Below are positions 5,278 through 14,484 of a DNA stretch of 39,649 bases, one piece after another (position 1 is the stretch's first letter; each line of letters opens with the position of its first letter). The stretch lies in the IMG/VR virus record IMGVR_UViG_3300045988_106623; one strand, given 5' to 3'. The DNA comes from a virus. The notes below the pieces were generated by a model. The model worked only from the letters and a program-made list of their open reading frames with translations. It did not search any database and was not told the origin of the DNA. A program made the translations under genes and the position numbers.

Positions 5278-6147
5278 ATGCTGTTACAAGAGTTTTGGAA
5301 CGACCGGTTTTGGCCGCATTGCACGCGGAATCTGCGTGAGAGCACGCGCGTGGGCTACGAGTCCGCGTGGCGGCTGCATGTCATGCCATGCTTCGGCGGC
5401 ATGGGTATGGACGCGATAAGCGTGGAGCTAGTGGACAAATGGCTTGCGAATTTCGACACTGCGGGCGCGGCACGCAAGGCATGGGCCGTATTGCGCGCGA
5501 TACTCAGGCGGGCTATCCGCTGGAACCTGTTGGACGTGGACATCACCAGACGCGACATCCAACTGCCGGCCAAACCTCATTACGAGCCGCGAATATTGAC
5601 CCTCCGTCAGCAGCGTGCACTGTTGCGGGGCTTTTACGGTCATCCGCTTGAGGCGTGGCTTATCTGTGCCGTCTCATGCGGACTCCGCACCGAAGAGGGC
5701 TACGGGCTTGAATGGTCGGATATTGACCTGCGCTCAGGTGTCCTGCACGTGGAGCGTGGCCTGCAATGGGTCGCCGGGCATGAGGCCGTCGTGCCGCCGA
5801 AAACCGAACTGTCCCGCCGCACGCTCCCGTTGCCGCGCTTCGCGGTCAAACGATTGCGCGAGCTCAGGCCACGCGAGGGGGGCCGACTCATCGGCACCCT
5901 CACCCCGCCGCAAGCCGCACGCCAATACAAGGCCTACTGCAAGCGGCATGATCTGCCGCATGTGCCCGCACGCAACCTGCGCCACTCATGGGCGACGAAC
6001 ACTCTGGCCGCCGGGGCTGACATCGCCATCGTGAGCAAAATGCTCGGCCACAGCGACATCAAAACCACCGCAAAGTACTACCTCAAACCGGATATCTCAG
6101 CCCTGCGAGACGCGCAACGCCTCTGGGAACGAGCCTTAACGGCCTGA
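5278..6147 (+). CDS. Tyrosine site-specific recombinase (shufflon invertase, Rci/Rin-like role)
   Basis: Shows ...CGLRTEEG..., NLRHSWATN and LGHSDIKTTAKYY (the R..HxxR..Y catalytic pattern). ATG at 5278 with RBS ggagg. Opposite strand to the tail genes and directly next to the repeat sites. Confidence 0.85.
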   Translation: MLLQEFWNDRFWPHCTRNLRESTRVGYESAWRLHVMPCFGGMGMDAISVELVDKWLANFDTAGAARKAWAVLRAILRRAIRWNLLDVDITRRDIQLPAKPHYEPRILTLRQQRALLRGFYGHPLEAWLICAVSCGLRTEEGYGLEWSDIDLRSGVLHVERGLQWVAGHEAVVPPKTELSRRTLPLPRFAVKRLRELRPREGGRLIGTLTPPQAARQYKAYCKRHDLPHVPARNLRHSWATNTLAAGADIAIVSKMLGHSDIKTTAKYYLKPDISALRDAQRLWERALTA

Positions 6148-6149
6148 AC

Positions 6150-6164
6150 GGGATTCCCTAACCC
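6150..6164 (+). repeat. Recombination site A (gggattccctaaccc), inverted relative to B, C and D
   Basis: Perfect 15-bp inverted repeat of 7462..7476. Confidence 0.8.
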
Positions 6165-6469
6165 AGACCGAAGTGCTGACGCTGATTAACTCCACTTACG
6201 GTACCGTCAAAGGCTACCGTCGCGGCTCGCTCGTCACGTTGCGCATCGACTGGAAGTCGTCGGCGTCCGGCGCGTGGAACACCGGCAATTTCGGAACCCT
6301 GCCCGAAAGCTGGCGTCCTCCAATGGACTTGAACTTCTCCTACGGCGGACGCGACGGCGCGAACCAGAAGATCATCAACGTAAACGCGAACGGAACCATG
6401 ACCTACGCCAATCAGGGCGGCACGCAGGGCACGGACGCGTTCGGCATGACCGTCTCATACGCGCTATGA
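6155..6469 (+). other. Silent RBP C-terminal cassette A' (104 aa from the SLT codons)
   Basis: tcc cta acc in the site is in frame with the track ORF 6173..6469. Contains LPESWRP, resembling IPKGFRP in the expressed cassette. Confidence 0.65.
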
Positions 6470-6520
6470 CCCGTGGGGTCACTGCAAGACAGTGCAACCG
6501 CCTGAGCCAGTGTCCCGAAG

Positions 6521-6847
6521 CTATGCGGCGGGCATCGGGTCGGCGGTCCTCCATACGCCGGTGCATCCCGCGTACGCGCTGTTCGGATTGCCAAGCATCG
6601 TGACGGTGCCATTGGCCTCGCCGTAACAGATGAATGTCGTTTCACCACCGAAAACGGCCACGGGCGTATTGACGGTGACGGGTCGATACCCTTCGGGGAG
6701 CTTCTCCTGAGCCTTCGTGTAATTGTTCTGCCCGCTACTGTTGAATTTTACGTTGCCACCCATGAAACAGATATCACCGATGCGCGTAAGCAAAATGCTG
6801 TCGCTGCTGTAAGGTACTCGCCACGTCGTAAAACGCTGGGTTAGGGA
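6521..6847 (-). other. Silent RBP C-terminal cassette B' (108 aa from the SLT codons)
   Basis: The frame is open from the site codons (6847) through track ORF 6521..6793. Contains LPEGYRP. No RBS or ATG of its own. Confidence 0.65.
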
Positions 6848-6848
6848 A
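6838..6848 (-). repeat. Recombination site B (core gggttagggaa)
   Basis: Shares ctgggttagggaa with the reverse complement of site A. Confidence 0.7.
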
Positions 6849-6850
6849 AA

Positions 6851-7144
6851 CTATTGCCTGTTCCAGATTGCGATCCAGCTTCCGAATATCGCGACCCTCC
6901 CGCACCAGCGGTTGTCTTTGGTGTTCCACAGGCGGAAGCGTATCTGGTTTACGTCGCTGGTATCCCAACGTTGTGCGGTGTACTCGCCGGCCTGGCCGAA
7001 ACCAGTGCCGAACGGCCCAATCGTGTAGGCCGCGTAATCGGCTTTCTTCCCGTTTGGGGATTGGACGTTGATGTAGAATGTGCCGTCATCATTCGTGGTG
7101 ATGGTATGGCCTCCGCACAGAATATACGGCATTCGGGTTAGGGA
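6851..7144 (-). other. Silent RBP C-terminal cassette C' (97 aa from the SLT codons), unrelated in sequence to the others
   Basis: The site codons tcc cta acc (7144..7136) are in frame with track ORF 6851..7132. Confidence 0.6.
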
Positions 7145-7145
7145 A
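7135..7145 (-). repeat. Recombination site C (core gggttagggaa)
   Basis: Lies 2 nt after the stop of the expressed RBP gene and immediately 5' of cassette C'. Confidence 0.7.
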
Positions 7146-7147
7146 AG

Positions 7148-7963
7148 CTACGCGGTAATCCAACAGCCGGATATACCGACGAATCGGCTGGTATATCCGG
7201 TGCCGTTCAACACCATTTTCCCCTCCGGCGTGCCGTAAAGGTAGAAACTGGTCGCGCCGCTGTTGTCGGTGCCGCGCATGACCGCGCGGGAATCGCCGGA
7301 CGGTCTGAAACCCTTCGGGATTGTCTCGTTGACGGATGTGTTGCTGGTCTGATTGAAATTGCTTGTCAGCGTGATATACGCGCAGGCGGTGACGATACGG
7401 CCGACACGAACCAGAGTGATATGCCTGTCGGAATACGGCATCTTGACTTGGCCCGTGACAGGGGTTAGGGAATCCCACACGTCGCTCATCGGCTTCAACA
7501 CGTTGAACAATGCGACTGGTGTGCCGATGGTGATGCCGTCCAGCGGGATGCGGTACAAGGGCATGTCGTAGGTGGTGCCCCCGTCCAACGGGCTGGTGGT
7601 GTTCACGGCGGGGTCGGTGGGCGTGCCCGTGGTGGGCGTGCCCCTGACCACGACCAGTTTCGCGCTCTCAACCGACTGCGAGCCCTTCGCATAGCGGCAT
7701 ACGATGAGATCGTTGCGTTTCTGACCCTGCGACCCGTTGGTGACGATCAGGTCCTCGGGCGTGCCCTGGCTGACGTGACGGCCCTGCATGACCAGTTCGC
7801 CCGTGCCGATGGTCACCTTGTTCGCCGAAACGACCGTAAGCTCGAACTTGTCGTGCACGTCGAGCACATAATCATCCAAGCCGAGAATGCCGGCGTTCAA
7901 ACCAGCGGCCTGTTCCGCCGTGGCGTGAGCCTTGTTCGCGTGCCCGGTGACGAGTTCAACCAT
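7148..7963 (-). CDS. Receptor-binding/tail fibre protein: constant N-terminal part (7963..7472) joined at site D to the expressed cassette D'
   Basis: 271 aa. Site D encodes WDSLTP inside the ORF. Last gene of the tail block. Confidence 0.65.
   Translation of the reverse strand: MVELVTGHANKAHATAEQAAGLNAGILGLDDYVLDVHDKFELTVVSANKVTIGTGELVMQGRHVSQGTPEDLIVTNGSQGQKRNDLIVCRYAKGSQSVESAKLVVVRGTPTTGTPTDPAVNTTSPLDGGTTYDMPLYRIPLDGITIGTPVALFNVLKPMSDVWDSLTPVTGQVKMPYSDRHITLVRVGRIVTACAYITLTSNFNQTSNTSVNETIPKGFRPSGDSRAVMRGTDNSGATSFYLYGTPEGKMVLNGTGYTSRFVGISGCWITA
7462..7476 (-). repeat. Recombination site D (gggttagggaatccc) inside the RBP gene
   Basis: In frame (tcc at 7471..7469). Perfect inverted partner of site A. 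Confidence 0.8.
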
Positions 7964-8201
7964 TCTGCTTGCCTCCGTTCTTCTTCCATGATTCGAAGCT
8001 GTTGTCGGCGTCCCTGAGACGGTTGACGTATTCCTGGTGGCAGTTGGAGCAGAAGTAGTAGTCGTGTTGGTTGCCGTCGGCGTCGAGGCGTTGCACGTCC
8101 CACCAGTCGTTTTTCAGGGCGTCCGCGTTCGATGGGGTGTACCAGGCGAATCTTCCGCATCGGTCGCATTCGGCGACGATGCAGTCGTCGTTCTTGGCCA
8201 T
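7956..8201 (-). CDS. Small Cys-rich (zinc-ribbon-like) protein in the tail module
   Basis: 81 aa with CDRCG ... CSNCH. Overlaps the RBP start by 8 nt. Confidence 0.5.
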   Translation of the reverse strand: MAKNDDCIVAECDRCGRFAWYTPSNADALKNDWWDVQRLDADGNQHDYYFCSNCHQEYVNRLRDADNSFESWKKNGGKQNG

Positions 8202-8212
8202 GACGTTCCTTT

Positions 8213-9181
8213 CTATGAGGCCTCGTAATCGACGCTTAGGACGCCGTTGGAGACTTTGACGATTTTCTTGGTTATCGAGGCGTTGACGGTGATGCCGGTG
8301 AGATTATCCCTTGCGGTCACGGTGTCGCCCACGTCGAACACCACATTCGCGTCGTCACGGACGGTGACCCTCACATCACCCTCGGATTGCAGATCCTGTA
8401 GTTTCTCACGGGTCTTCTGGTTCAGTTCGGCGGTTTCGGCGCTGGAATAGTCGTAGACCTGCGTTATCTCATCCACACCGCGCAGTGATTGCGTCTGGCT
8501 CACGGTGCCTTTCGCGTCCGCATACCAGTGGACGACCACACGGGCCGCCAAATCGCCCTTGCCCAGGCCGATGAGATGGTTCGGTTTGCGCCACGTGCGC
8601 GTCGCGTCGAAATCGATGAGGTCGCTGTCAATCGAGTCGCCGTAATGCGCAACCGGCTCAGCCCAGATGTTGACCCGGCCAGACGCATAGGCAAGCCTGA
8701 GTTTCAGTCCGTTGGCCTCGCACATCTTCCTCAAACCCGTATAGCAGTCCGTGTAGCGGTCGAACCGGTAGCTTTTGATGGTCTGCGCGCCGGCAGTGGG
8801 CGAGTCCACCGCGTCGAACACGCCGTCAAGCCCTACGCGACTGATGAGCGAGCCGATGACCGTGCTGGCCGTACCGCTCACTGTGAGATAATCCCTGCCC
8901 CTATCCGGCTCGAGGATCTTGTTCGCGAGCACGCCGTGCCACGTGCGCCCCGAGTAGGTGAGGGTGCTGACGCCGGCAGTGAGCTGGTCTTCCATCGCAT
9001 CGACCACGCCACCGCATTCGCTGCCGTCGATGTAGATATAGGCACCCGCATCGATGGTGGACGCGCCGCTCACGACAAGTTCGAAATCGTTTTCCTCCTT
9101 GCCCCACGCGCAATCCAGAGTGTAGTCGACGGCGAAACGGACATCGACGTGCTTGGAATCGGTGATAATCAGATCCACCAT
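8213..9181 (-). CDS. Tail-tip/baseplate protein (Tal-like position)
   Basis: 322 aa, directly after Dit and overlapping it by 13 nt. The call is by position only. Confidence 0.45.
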   Translation of the reverse strand: MVDLIITDSKHVDVRFAVDYTLDCAWGKEENDFELVVSGASTIDAGAYIYIDGSECGGVVDAMEDQLTAGVSTLTYSGRTWHGVLANKILEPDRGRDYLTVSGTASTVIGSLISRVGLDGVFDAVDSPTAGAQTIKSYRFDRYTDCYTGLRKMCEANGLKLRLAYASGRVNIWAEPVAHYGDSIDSDLIDFDATRTWRKPNHLIGLGKGDLAARVVVHWYADAKGTVSQTQSLRGVDEITQVYDYSSAETAELNQKTREKLQDLQSEGDVRVTVRDDANVVFDVGDTVTARDNLTGITVNASITKKIVKVSNGVLSVDYEAS

Positions 9182-10038
9182 GACGGCGTGCTCCTCTCCT
9201 GGATCACTGTCAGGTCAAAGCCGAACCCGTTCCACTGCACCTGGTGTTCCCCGGCCGGCAACGGCTGGAAAATATAAGTGCCGCCGTTGAGGCCGCTGCC
9301 TCGTTCGCCCTTGTCGAACACGTTCGTGGTGTCGCCGTTTTCGGCGGTCATGACGATGCTGCGTTGCCCCTCCACGCTGTTGACGGTCACATACGAGCCC
9401 GAGGGGATGTCCACGTCGAGCGCGTACCGGTTGCCGCCGATGATGATGGCCGGCTGTGAGACCGGCCCGTAGACCACCAGTTCGAACGGCATCGGCGAGA
9501 CGGCATCGTTCACGACCGAAGCGTTTCGTGCCGTTGGCAGGTAGTCGTGAGGGTAATCGTGCGGGTAATCAAGGTCGAGGCCCGGTTGCAGCGCATCCGA
9601 CCAGAAATGCTGCACGTCGTCACGCTTGTGCCACAGGCCGTCAAGCAATGCGACCGTGAGCGCGTACTTCGCGGGGCCGGGCGGATCATAGGATGGTTCG
9701 ATGCCGGTGATGAGCGCGGTCTGCGACCAGCCGTCCACGGTGAGCAGGCCGGCGTCGTCCTTGCTGCGGGATGACGCCACGGCCTTGACGTCCGCGTCGA
9801 ACAGTTCGCTCGCCACGTCCAGCACGTTGAGGTCGGCGCATGTGGCCTCCAATTGGACGCTTGACGCGTTGAGGGAGGCGGAGTCAATGCCGTGCGCGGC
9901 CAACTCCACCTCCCACGCGTGCGTGCGCAGGCTCTCGATGCGTTTGACCATGAGACCGGCCGGGTCGATGAGATCAACGGCCCCAGCCGAAACGGCGCGG
10001 CTTGATCCTCCGCCTCGCCGGTAGGTCATCGACTGCAT
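9169..10038 (-). CDS. Distal tail protein (Dit-like)
   Basis: 289 aa, immediately downstream of the tape measure gene. RBS aggagg. Confidence 0.55.
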   Translation of the reverse strand: MQSMTYRRGGGSSRAVSAGAVDLIDPAGLMVKRIESLRTHAWEVELAAHGIDSASLNASSVQLEATCADLNVLDVASELFDADVKAVASSRSKDDAGLLTVDGWSQTALITGIEPSYDPPGPAKYALTVALLDGLWHKRDDVQHFWSDALQPGLDLDYPHDYPHDYLPTARNASVVNDAVSPMPFELVVYGPVSQPAIIIGGNRYALDVDIPSGSYVTVNSVEGQRSIVMTAENGDTTNVFDKGERGSGLNGGTYIFQPLPAGEHQVQWNGFGFDLTVIQERSTPSWWI

Positions 10039-10053
10039 GACTGTCCTCCTGTT

Positions 10054-13000
10054 TTAGACGAGACCAAGCCTGCGCTTCTCCTCGCGGATGGTCATGGATG
10101 GCGTGTACTTAGCGATGGTCGGCCCCAAATCACCGTGCAATGCCTGCAGGTCGGAGCGCAGGCCGCGAAGCTCCACAAGCATCGACGCGAGGTCTGCGAA
10201 CCCATTCCCGGTTTCAGGCAATGGGGCGGAGCCCTCCACACCAATGGCGGAGCGCAACGTCATCGGCTGGAATGCCGACTGTGCGGCGGCCGTGACACCC
10301 TGCATCCGCTTCGCGATGTCACGCTGCAATGCGGGGGTGGCCTTGTCAATGCCCTCGCTGATACCGGGCGGGATGTAGCGGCCGACTTCGTCGCGGAACA
10401 CGCGGGACGGCGAATGGATGCCGAGCGCTTCCTTCGCCTTATCGACCAGTCCGGAAAGCGCGCCCTTGATCTTGTCGTACAATCCGCCGATGGCACCGCT
10501 GATGCCGTTCCACAGACCACTGATGAGCTGCGAGCCGGCGTTTTTGAGCAGCGAGCCAGCTCCGGCGAACACGCCCTTGATGGCGCTCACGATGCCCGAC
10601 ACCAAGCCGCCGACCGCTCCGGCCGCGTTGGAAAGAATCGATTTGAAACTGTTCCAAGCTCCCGACCAGTTGCCGTTGATGAGGTTGGTGACCATGCTGA
10701 TGACACCGGAAATAACGCCGACCACGCCCTGGATTACGCCTTGTATGCCGTCGATGACACCCGACACATATGGGAGCATCGCCTGCACCGCAGGCAACAA
10801 CGTACCGGTGATGAATCCGATGATTGCGCTCACTACCGAGCCGACCACGCTGATGATGCTCTGGATGACCGGCATCAGCTGTTGGATGATGCCTGTGATG
10901 CCCGAGACCGCATCGGTTATGACTGGCACGAGCTGTTGGATGAGCGGCGTGATGGCGGTGACCAGCTGGCTAACGAAATCCATGACCTGCTGGATTACCG
11001 GGACGAGCGCGGAGGCGAGCTGGCTGATGACTTGGCCTATCATCGACACGATCTGCGAGGCGACCGGCAGCAGCGCGGCGATGATGTCCGCCAACGGTGG
11101 CAGCAGGCTGGACACGAGCTGGCCGATGAGCGGCATGAGCGATCTGAGCGCGTTCATGAGCGGTTCGATGATCGTCGGGATGAGCGGTGCCAGCGACTGG
11201 AGTATGTCGCCGAACACTGGGATGAGCTCCGCGACAGAAGCGGTGATCACCGGCATGACCTGTTTGAACATGTCCTGCAGGCTTTTGCCGAACGCATCGA
11301 ACGTCGGCTTCATTCCCGCGATCGTGTTCTTGAACAGGTTGAACGCGCCGGTGACCTGCGTGCCGAAGGCGTTGCGCAGTTCCGGCACCGTGGCGATGAG
11401 CGTGCCCAACGCTGCGACGACGATGCCGATGGGTCCGCCCAACGCGCTCAACGGGCCGGACAATCCGCCGAGCACCCCGCCGAGCAACGGAATCTTGGAC
11501 AGCAATGGTGCGATGCCGCCTGCTCCGAGGGCCATGAATGCAGCTATCAGAGGGGCGATGGCGCTCTGCACGGGTTTGAATATCTCGCCGAGCCCGTTGA
11601 ATACGCTGCCGATGGCGTTGATCGCGTTCTGGAACGGTTCAGGCAGGAGCGTCACCAGATCCGAGAACAGGCTCGGGATGGCTTTGACGACGCTCTGGGC
11701 GATGACCTTCACGCGGGGCAGGATGTTCTTCAACGCAGTGCCGATGGAGTCGGCGAGCTGCTGGCTGAGAGCGCCCATGTCGGCGTTCTCGTTGCCCAGT
11801 CCGGCGAGCCAGTTCTGCCATGCGGCCTTCATCGAGTTCACGGACCCCTCGATGGTGGTCGCCGCCTCCTTGGCGGTCGTGCCGCTGATGCCGAGGCTCT
11901 TCTGCACTCGGCTGATGGCCTCGGTCACGTCGGCGAACGAATCGATGGAAAGGTCGTTGCCTTCCTTCATCACGCCCGGCAGCTTGTTCGCGTCGGCGAT
12001 GAGCCGCTGCATTTCCGTCTTGGTGCCGCCGTAGCCGAGCTTGAGGTTGTCCAGCATCGCGTAATTGCCGCGAGCAAGCGACTGATACGTCTGTTGGATG
12101 GTCTGGATGTCGGTGCCCATCTTGTTGGCGTTGTCCGACATGTCGATGATGGCCTGATTGCCCATCTCTGCGGCCTTGGCGGTGTCCCCGCCAAGCGAAC
12201 TGACCAACGAGGCCGCGAAGCTCGTGACCTGGTTCATATAGTCGTTCGCGCCGACGCCGGCCGTCTTGTACGCTTCGGCCGCGTACTTCTGCACAGTGCC
12301 GGAAGCGCCCTTGAACAGGGTGTCGACGCCGCCGACCGCCTGCTCCCACGTGGCATACGCGCCCAACGCCTGCTTGCCGGTGGCCACCAGCGTGCCGCCG
12401 ATGGCTGCCACACCTGCTCCGATGGCGGCGACCGCTCCCGTGGCGAGGCCCTTGATATGGGCGACCGCGTTTTGGGCGAGGTTTTTGAACGAGTTGCCTG
12501 CGCTGGAGGCGAGGTTGCCGAGCGTGCTGCCGATTGCCCCGGCGGCGGTCTGTGCTCCGGCTGGGAGTTTGGACCATACGGCTCCGGCGGCGGTGGCGAT
12601 GTTGCCGAAGTAGTTCTTGGCTACGTTGGCTACCGGTGCGAGTTTCTGCCCTACTTTTCCTGCGGCATCTCCGATGGCGGAGCCGATTTTGCCGCCGAAT
12701 GAGCGGATGGGTGCGGTCCAAGTAGCGACTGCCGTTTTGATGGTGTTGCCGGTTCTGCTTCCCCAGTCGCGAATCGGTTGCGTCCATGCGGTGATTGCCG
12801 CGCCGATTGGTTTGGCGATGCCTGACACGGTGGCTGCGATGCTGCCGCCCCAGCCTTTGAGGGTTTGCTGGGCGGCGCTGATGGCTCCCTTGAGTCCGGT
12901 TTGGATTTTCGCGCCGACCTGCACGGCGAAACCGCTCAATGAGGATACGGCCTTGTTCGCGAATCCGGCTATCTTGGAGCCGAGCGGTTTCCAAATGGCG

Positions 13001-13644
13001 TCTACGCCGAGCAGGCTACGCACGAGGCTGCCGAGCACTCCAGAGAGTCCGGTGAAGGTGGATTGGCCCCGGCTGATGCTCGAGAATCCAGCCGAGAACG
13101 AGCTTGCCATCGTCTTCATGGAACCGGATACGGTGTTGGTGCCCTTGGCGAGTTCGTCCTCGGCGGCCTTGAGCGCCTTCTTCGCGTCCGCGAGCCGTTC
13201 GGCGGCGTCGTTGGACTTGTCGAGAGCGGCGGCCTGACGCAACTGGGCTTTTTCGAGATTGATGGAGGCGGTCTGCGCCTGAGTCGAATCCGACCCGTAT
13301 CTGGCGATGGCCGAGTTGAGCCTCTCCTGCGCCTGCTGCACGTTGACCGTGGCCTGACGGTAGTTCAGGAGCGCGGCGCTGGCCTTGGAGGACGCCTGCG
13401 CCGCGTCACGCTTCAACGGTTTCAGCACATCGTCGGCGACGCCCCGGGCACTCGAACCGAATGCCTTTTTGAAGCTGCCGCCGAACGATTTGCCGATTTT
13501 CGAACCGTTGCCGAACGCCTGGGAGAAACGGTTGGAACCGGACTTGCCGGCCCCCCGCATCTCCTTGTCGACCGCGCTGCGGAAGCCCTTCATCGAGGGG
13601 AATATCGACACGTGGCCGGTTCCCACTTCCGATCCGAAAGCCAT
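10054..13644 (-). CDS. Tape measure protein
   Basis: 1196 aa, Ala/Gly/Ser/Ile-rich with repetitive helical segments. Lies after the G/GT chaperone. Confidence 0.85.
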   Translation of the reverse strand: MAFGSEVGTGHVSIFPSMKGFRSAVDKEMRGAGKSGSNRFSQAFGNGSKIGKSFGGSFKKAFGSSARGVADDVLKPLKRDAAQASSKASAALLNYRQATVNVQQAQERLNSAIARYGSDSTQAQTASINLEKAQLRQAAALDKSNDAAERLADAKKALKAAEDELAKGTNTVSGSMKTMASSFSAGFSSISRGQSTFTGLSGVLGSLVRSLLGVDAIWKPLGSKIAGFANKAVSSLSGFAVQVGAKIQTGLKGAISAAQQTLKGWGGSIAATVSGIAKPIGAAITAWTQPIRDWGSRTGNTIKTAVATWTAPIRSFGGKIGSAIGDAAGKVGQKLAPVANVAKNYFGNIATAAGAVWSKLPAGAQTAAGAIGSTLGNLASSAGNSFKNLAQNAVAHIKGLATGAVAAIGAGVAAIGGTLVATGKQALGAYATWEQAVGGVDTLFKGASGTVQKYAAEAYKTAGVGANDYMNQVTSFAASLVSSLGGDTAKAAEMGNQAIIDMSDNANKMGTDIQTIQQTYQSLARGNYAMLDNLKLGYGGTKTEMQRLIADANKLPGVMKEGNDLSIDSFADVTEAISRVQKSLGISGTTAKEAATTIEGSVNSMKAAWQNWLAGLGNENADMGALSQQLADSIGTALKNILPRVKVIAQSVVKAIPSLFSDLVTLLPEPFQNAINAIGSVFNGLGEIFKPVQSAIAPLIAAFMALGAGGIAPLLSKIPLLGGVLGGLSGPLSALGGPIGIVVAALGTLIATVPELRNAFGTQVTGAFNLFKNTIAGMKPTFDAFGKSLQDMFKQVMPVITASVAELIPVFGDILQSLAPLIPTIIEPLMNALRSLMPLIGQLVSSLLPPLADIIAALLPVASQIVSMIGQVISQLASALVPVIQQVMDFVSQLVTAITPLIQQLVPVITDAVSGITGIIQQLMPVIQSIISVVGSVVSAIIGFITGTLLPAVQAMLPYVSGVIDGIQGVIQGVVGVISGVISMVTNLINGNWSGAWNSFKSILSNAAGAVGGLVSGIVSAIKGVFAGAGSLLKNAGSQLISGLWNGISGAIGGLYDKIKGALSGLVDKAKEALGIHSPSRVFRDEVGRYIPPGISEGIDKATPALQRDIAKRMQGVTAAAQSAFQPMTLRSAIGVEGSAPLPETGNGFADLASMLVELRGLRSDLQALHGDLGPTIAKYTPSMTIREEKRRLGLV

Positions 13645-13674
13645 AAGGCGACTCCCCTCTTAGTTGATGGTTGT

Positions 13675-14390
13675 TTATCCGAAGAGCTTGCTCATATGCG
13701 TTTCGGCCTCGTGGATCTCCTCGGCGGTGGGCTCGTCCGTTTCGGGTTCGCCGTCCACGTCGCCGAGCAGCGTGGAAGCGCCGAGGAACTGCAATACGGT
13801 GATGTCGGTGGCGCTCATGGGGAACATGAGGCCGATGAGCGAGGCTCCCGTGTAGGAGGACGGGTCGCCGCACAGCGCCGTGTACAGGTCGATGGCGTCA
13901 CGGTAGGGGAGACGCCGGCCGAGATCGTGTTCGATGCTCCACCCGAATCGGGCGAAGTCCGCTCGGACCTTTACTCCGTCATCGGAGTTGAGGATTCGGC
14001 AGAAGTCGGCGATTTTCCCAGTTCGACGCCCTGTGATTTGGCGAGCGTCTCCCCGTAGTCCTGGATGAGGTTGAACGCGACCTGCATGGGTTCGTGTTCG
14101 AGTCGTTCGGCCTGCTCGTCGCCGGCGAAAACGGTGAGGATGCGTTTGACCTGTTCGAGGCTTTCCGTGTCGGTCTGTGTGTTCGACAGGGCCTCGAAGT
14201 CGGCGATGGAAAGATAGAGGGGCAGTTTGTAGACGGTGCCGCCGGGTGTCAGTGCCCAGTATTCGTTGTCCTTGATGACGTGGCGCACCTTGATCTGCTT
14301 GGCGACCTCGGCGATGGCCTCGGCCTCCCTGGTCTCGTCCCAATCCTCGAATTCAGCGATCGAGGGTGCCATATTCTGCTGCTTTGCCAT
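13675..14390 (-). CDS. Tail assembly chaperone GT-like fusion made by a -1 programmed frameshift at 14013..14019
   Basis: The G frame reads ...ELGKSPTS...*. After a slip on G_GGA_AAA the frame reads GKIADFCRILNSDDG... and stays open to 13675. Confidence 0.75.
13971..14390 (-). CDS. Tail assembly chaperone (G-like, zero-frame product)
   Basis: 139 aa, acidic, between the major tail protein and the tape measure. Confidence 0.75.
   Translation of the reverse strand: MAKQQNMAPSIAEFEDWDETREAEAIAEVAKQIKVRHVIKDNEYWALTPGGTVYKLPLYLSIADFEALSNTQTDTESLEQVKRILTVFAGDEQAERLEHEPMQVAFNLIQDYGETLAKSQGVELGKSPTSAESSTPMTE
14013..14019 (-). promoter_or_regulatory. -1 slippery heptamer G_GGA_AAA (G/GT site)
   Basis: The minus strand reads gaa ctg gga aaa tcg, with the heptamer in register X_XXY_YYZ. 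Confidence 0.75.
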
Positions 14391-14436
14391 GATGGTTCTC
14401 CTGTCATACGTGTTTCTCCCGTCGTTGGTGTTGGGG

Positions 14437-14474
14437 CTCCCCGCATGCCGACAGGAGAGAGGTCATGCGGGGAG
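14437..14474 (-). promoter_or_regulatory. Stem-loop after the major tail protein gene
   Basis: 11-bp stem ctccccgcatg/catgcggggag. No U-run. Confidence 0.3.
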
Positions 14475-14484
14475 GGAATCGTTG

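Larger units (their letters stand above)
6150..7476. mobile_element. Invertible multi-cassette segment (shufflon) at the 3' end of the RBP gene
   Basis: Four copies of the core GGGTTAGGGAA: one inverted (6150..6164) and three direct (6838, 7135, 7462). Each is in frame with an ORF. Confidence 0.75.

Noticed and set aside
9541-9570. Tandem repeat in the Dit-like gene (DYPHDYPHDY)
   Set aside because: It is a short in-frame 12-bp repeat inside a coding region with no frame consequence. It is probably ordinary slippage.
10135-12994. Long ORFs (855 aa and 538 aa on the + strand, 451 aa on the minus strand) inside the tape measure gene
   Set aside because: They are off-frame or antisense shadows of the 1196-aa tape measure ORF. 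Their composition is Arg/Asp/His- or Met/Pro/Ser-rich and of low plausibility.
13675-14343. 222-aa ORF treated as an independent gene
   Set aside because: Its N-terminal two thirds are Arg/His/Gly-rich off-frame sequence over the chaperone gene. Only the part after the slippery site is real, as the T portion of GT.
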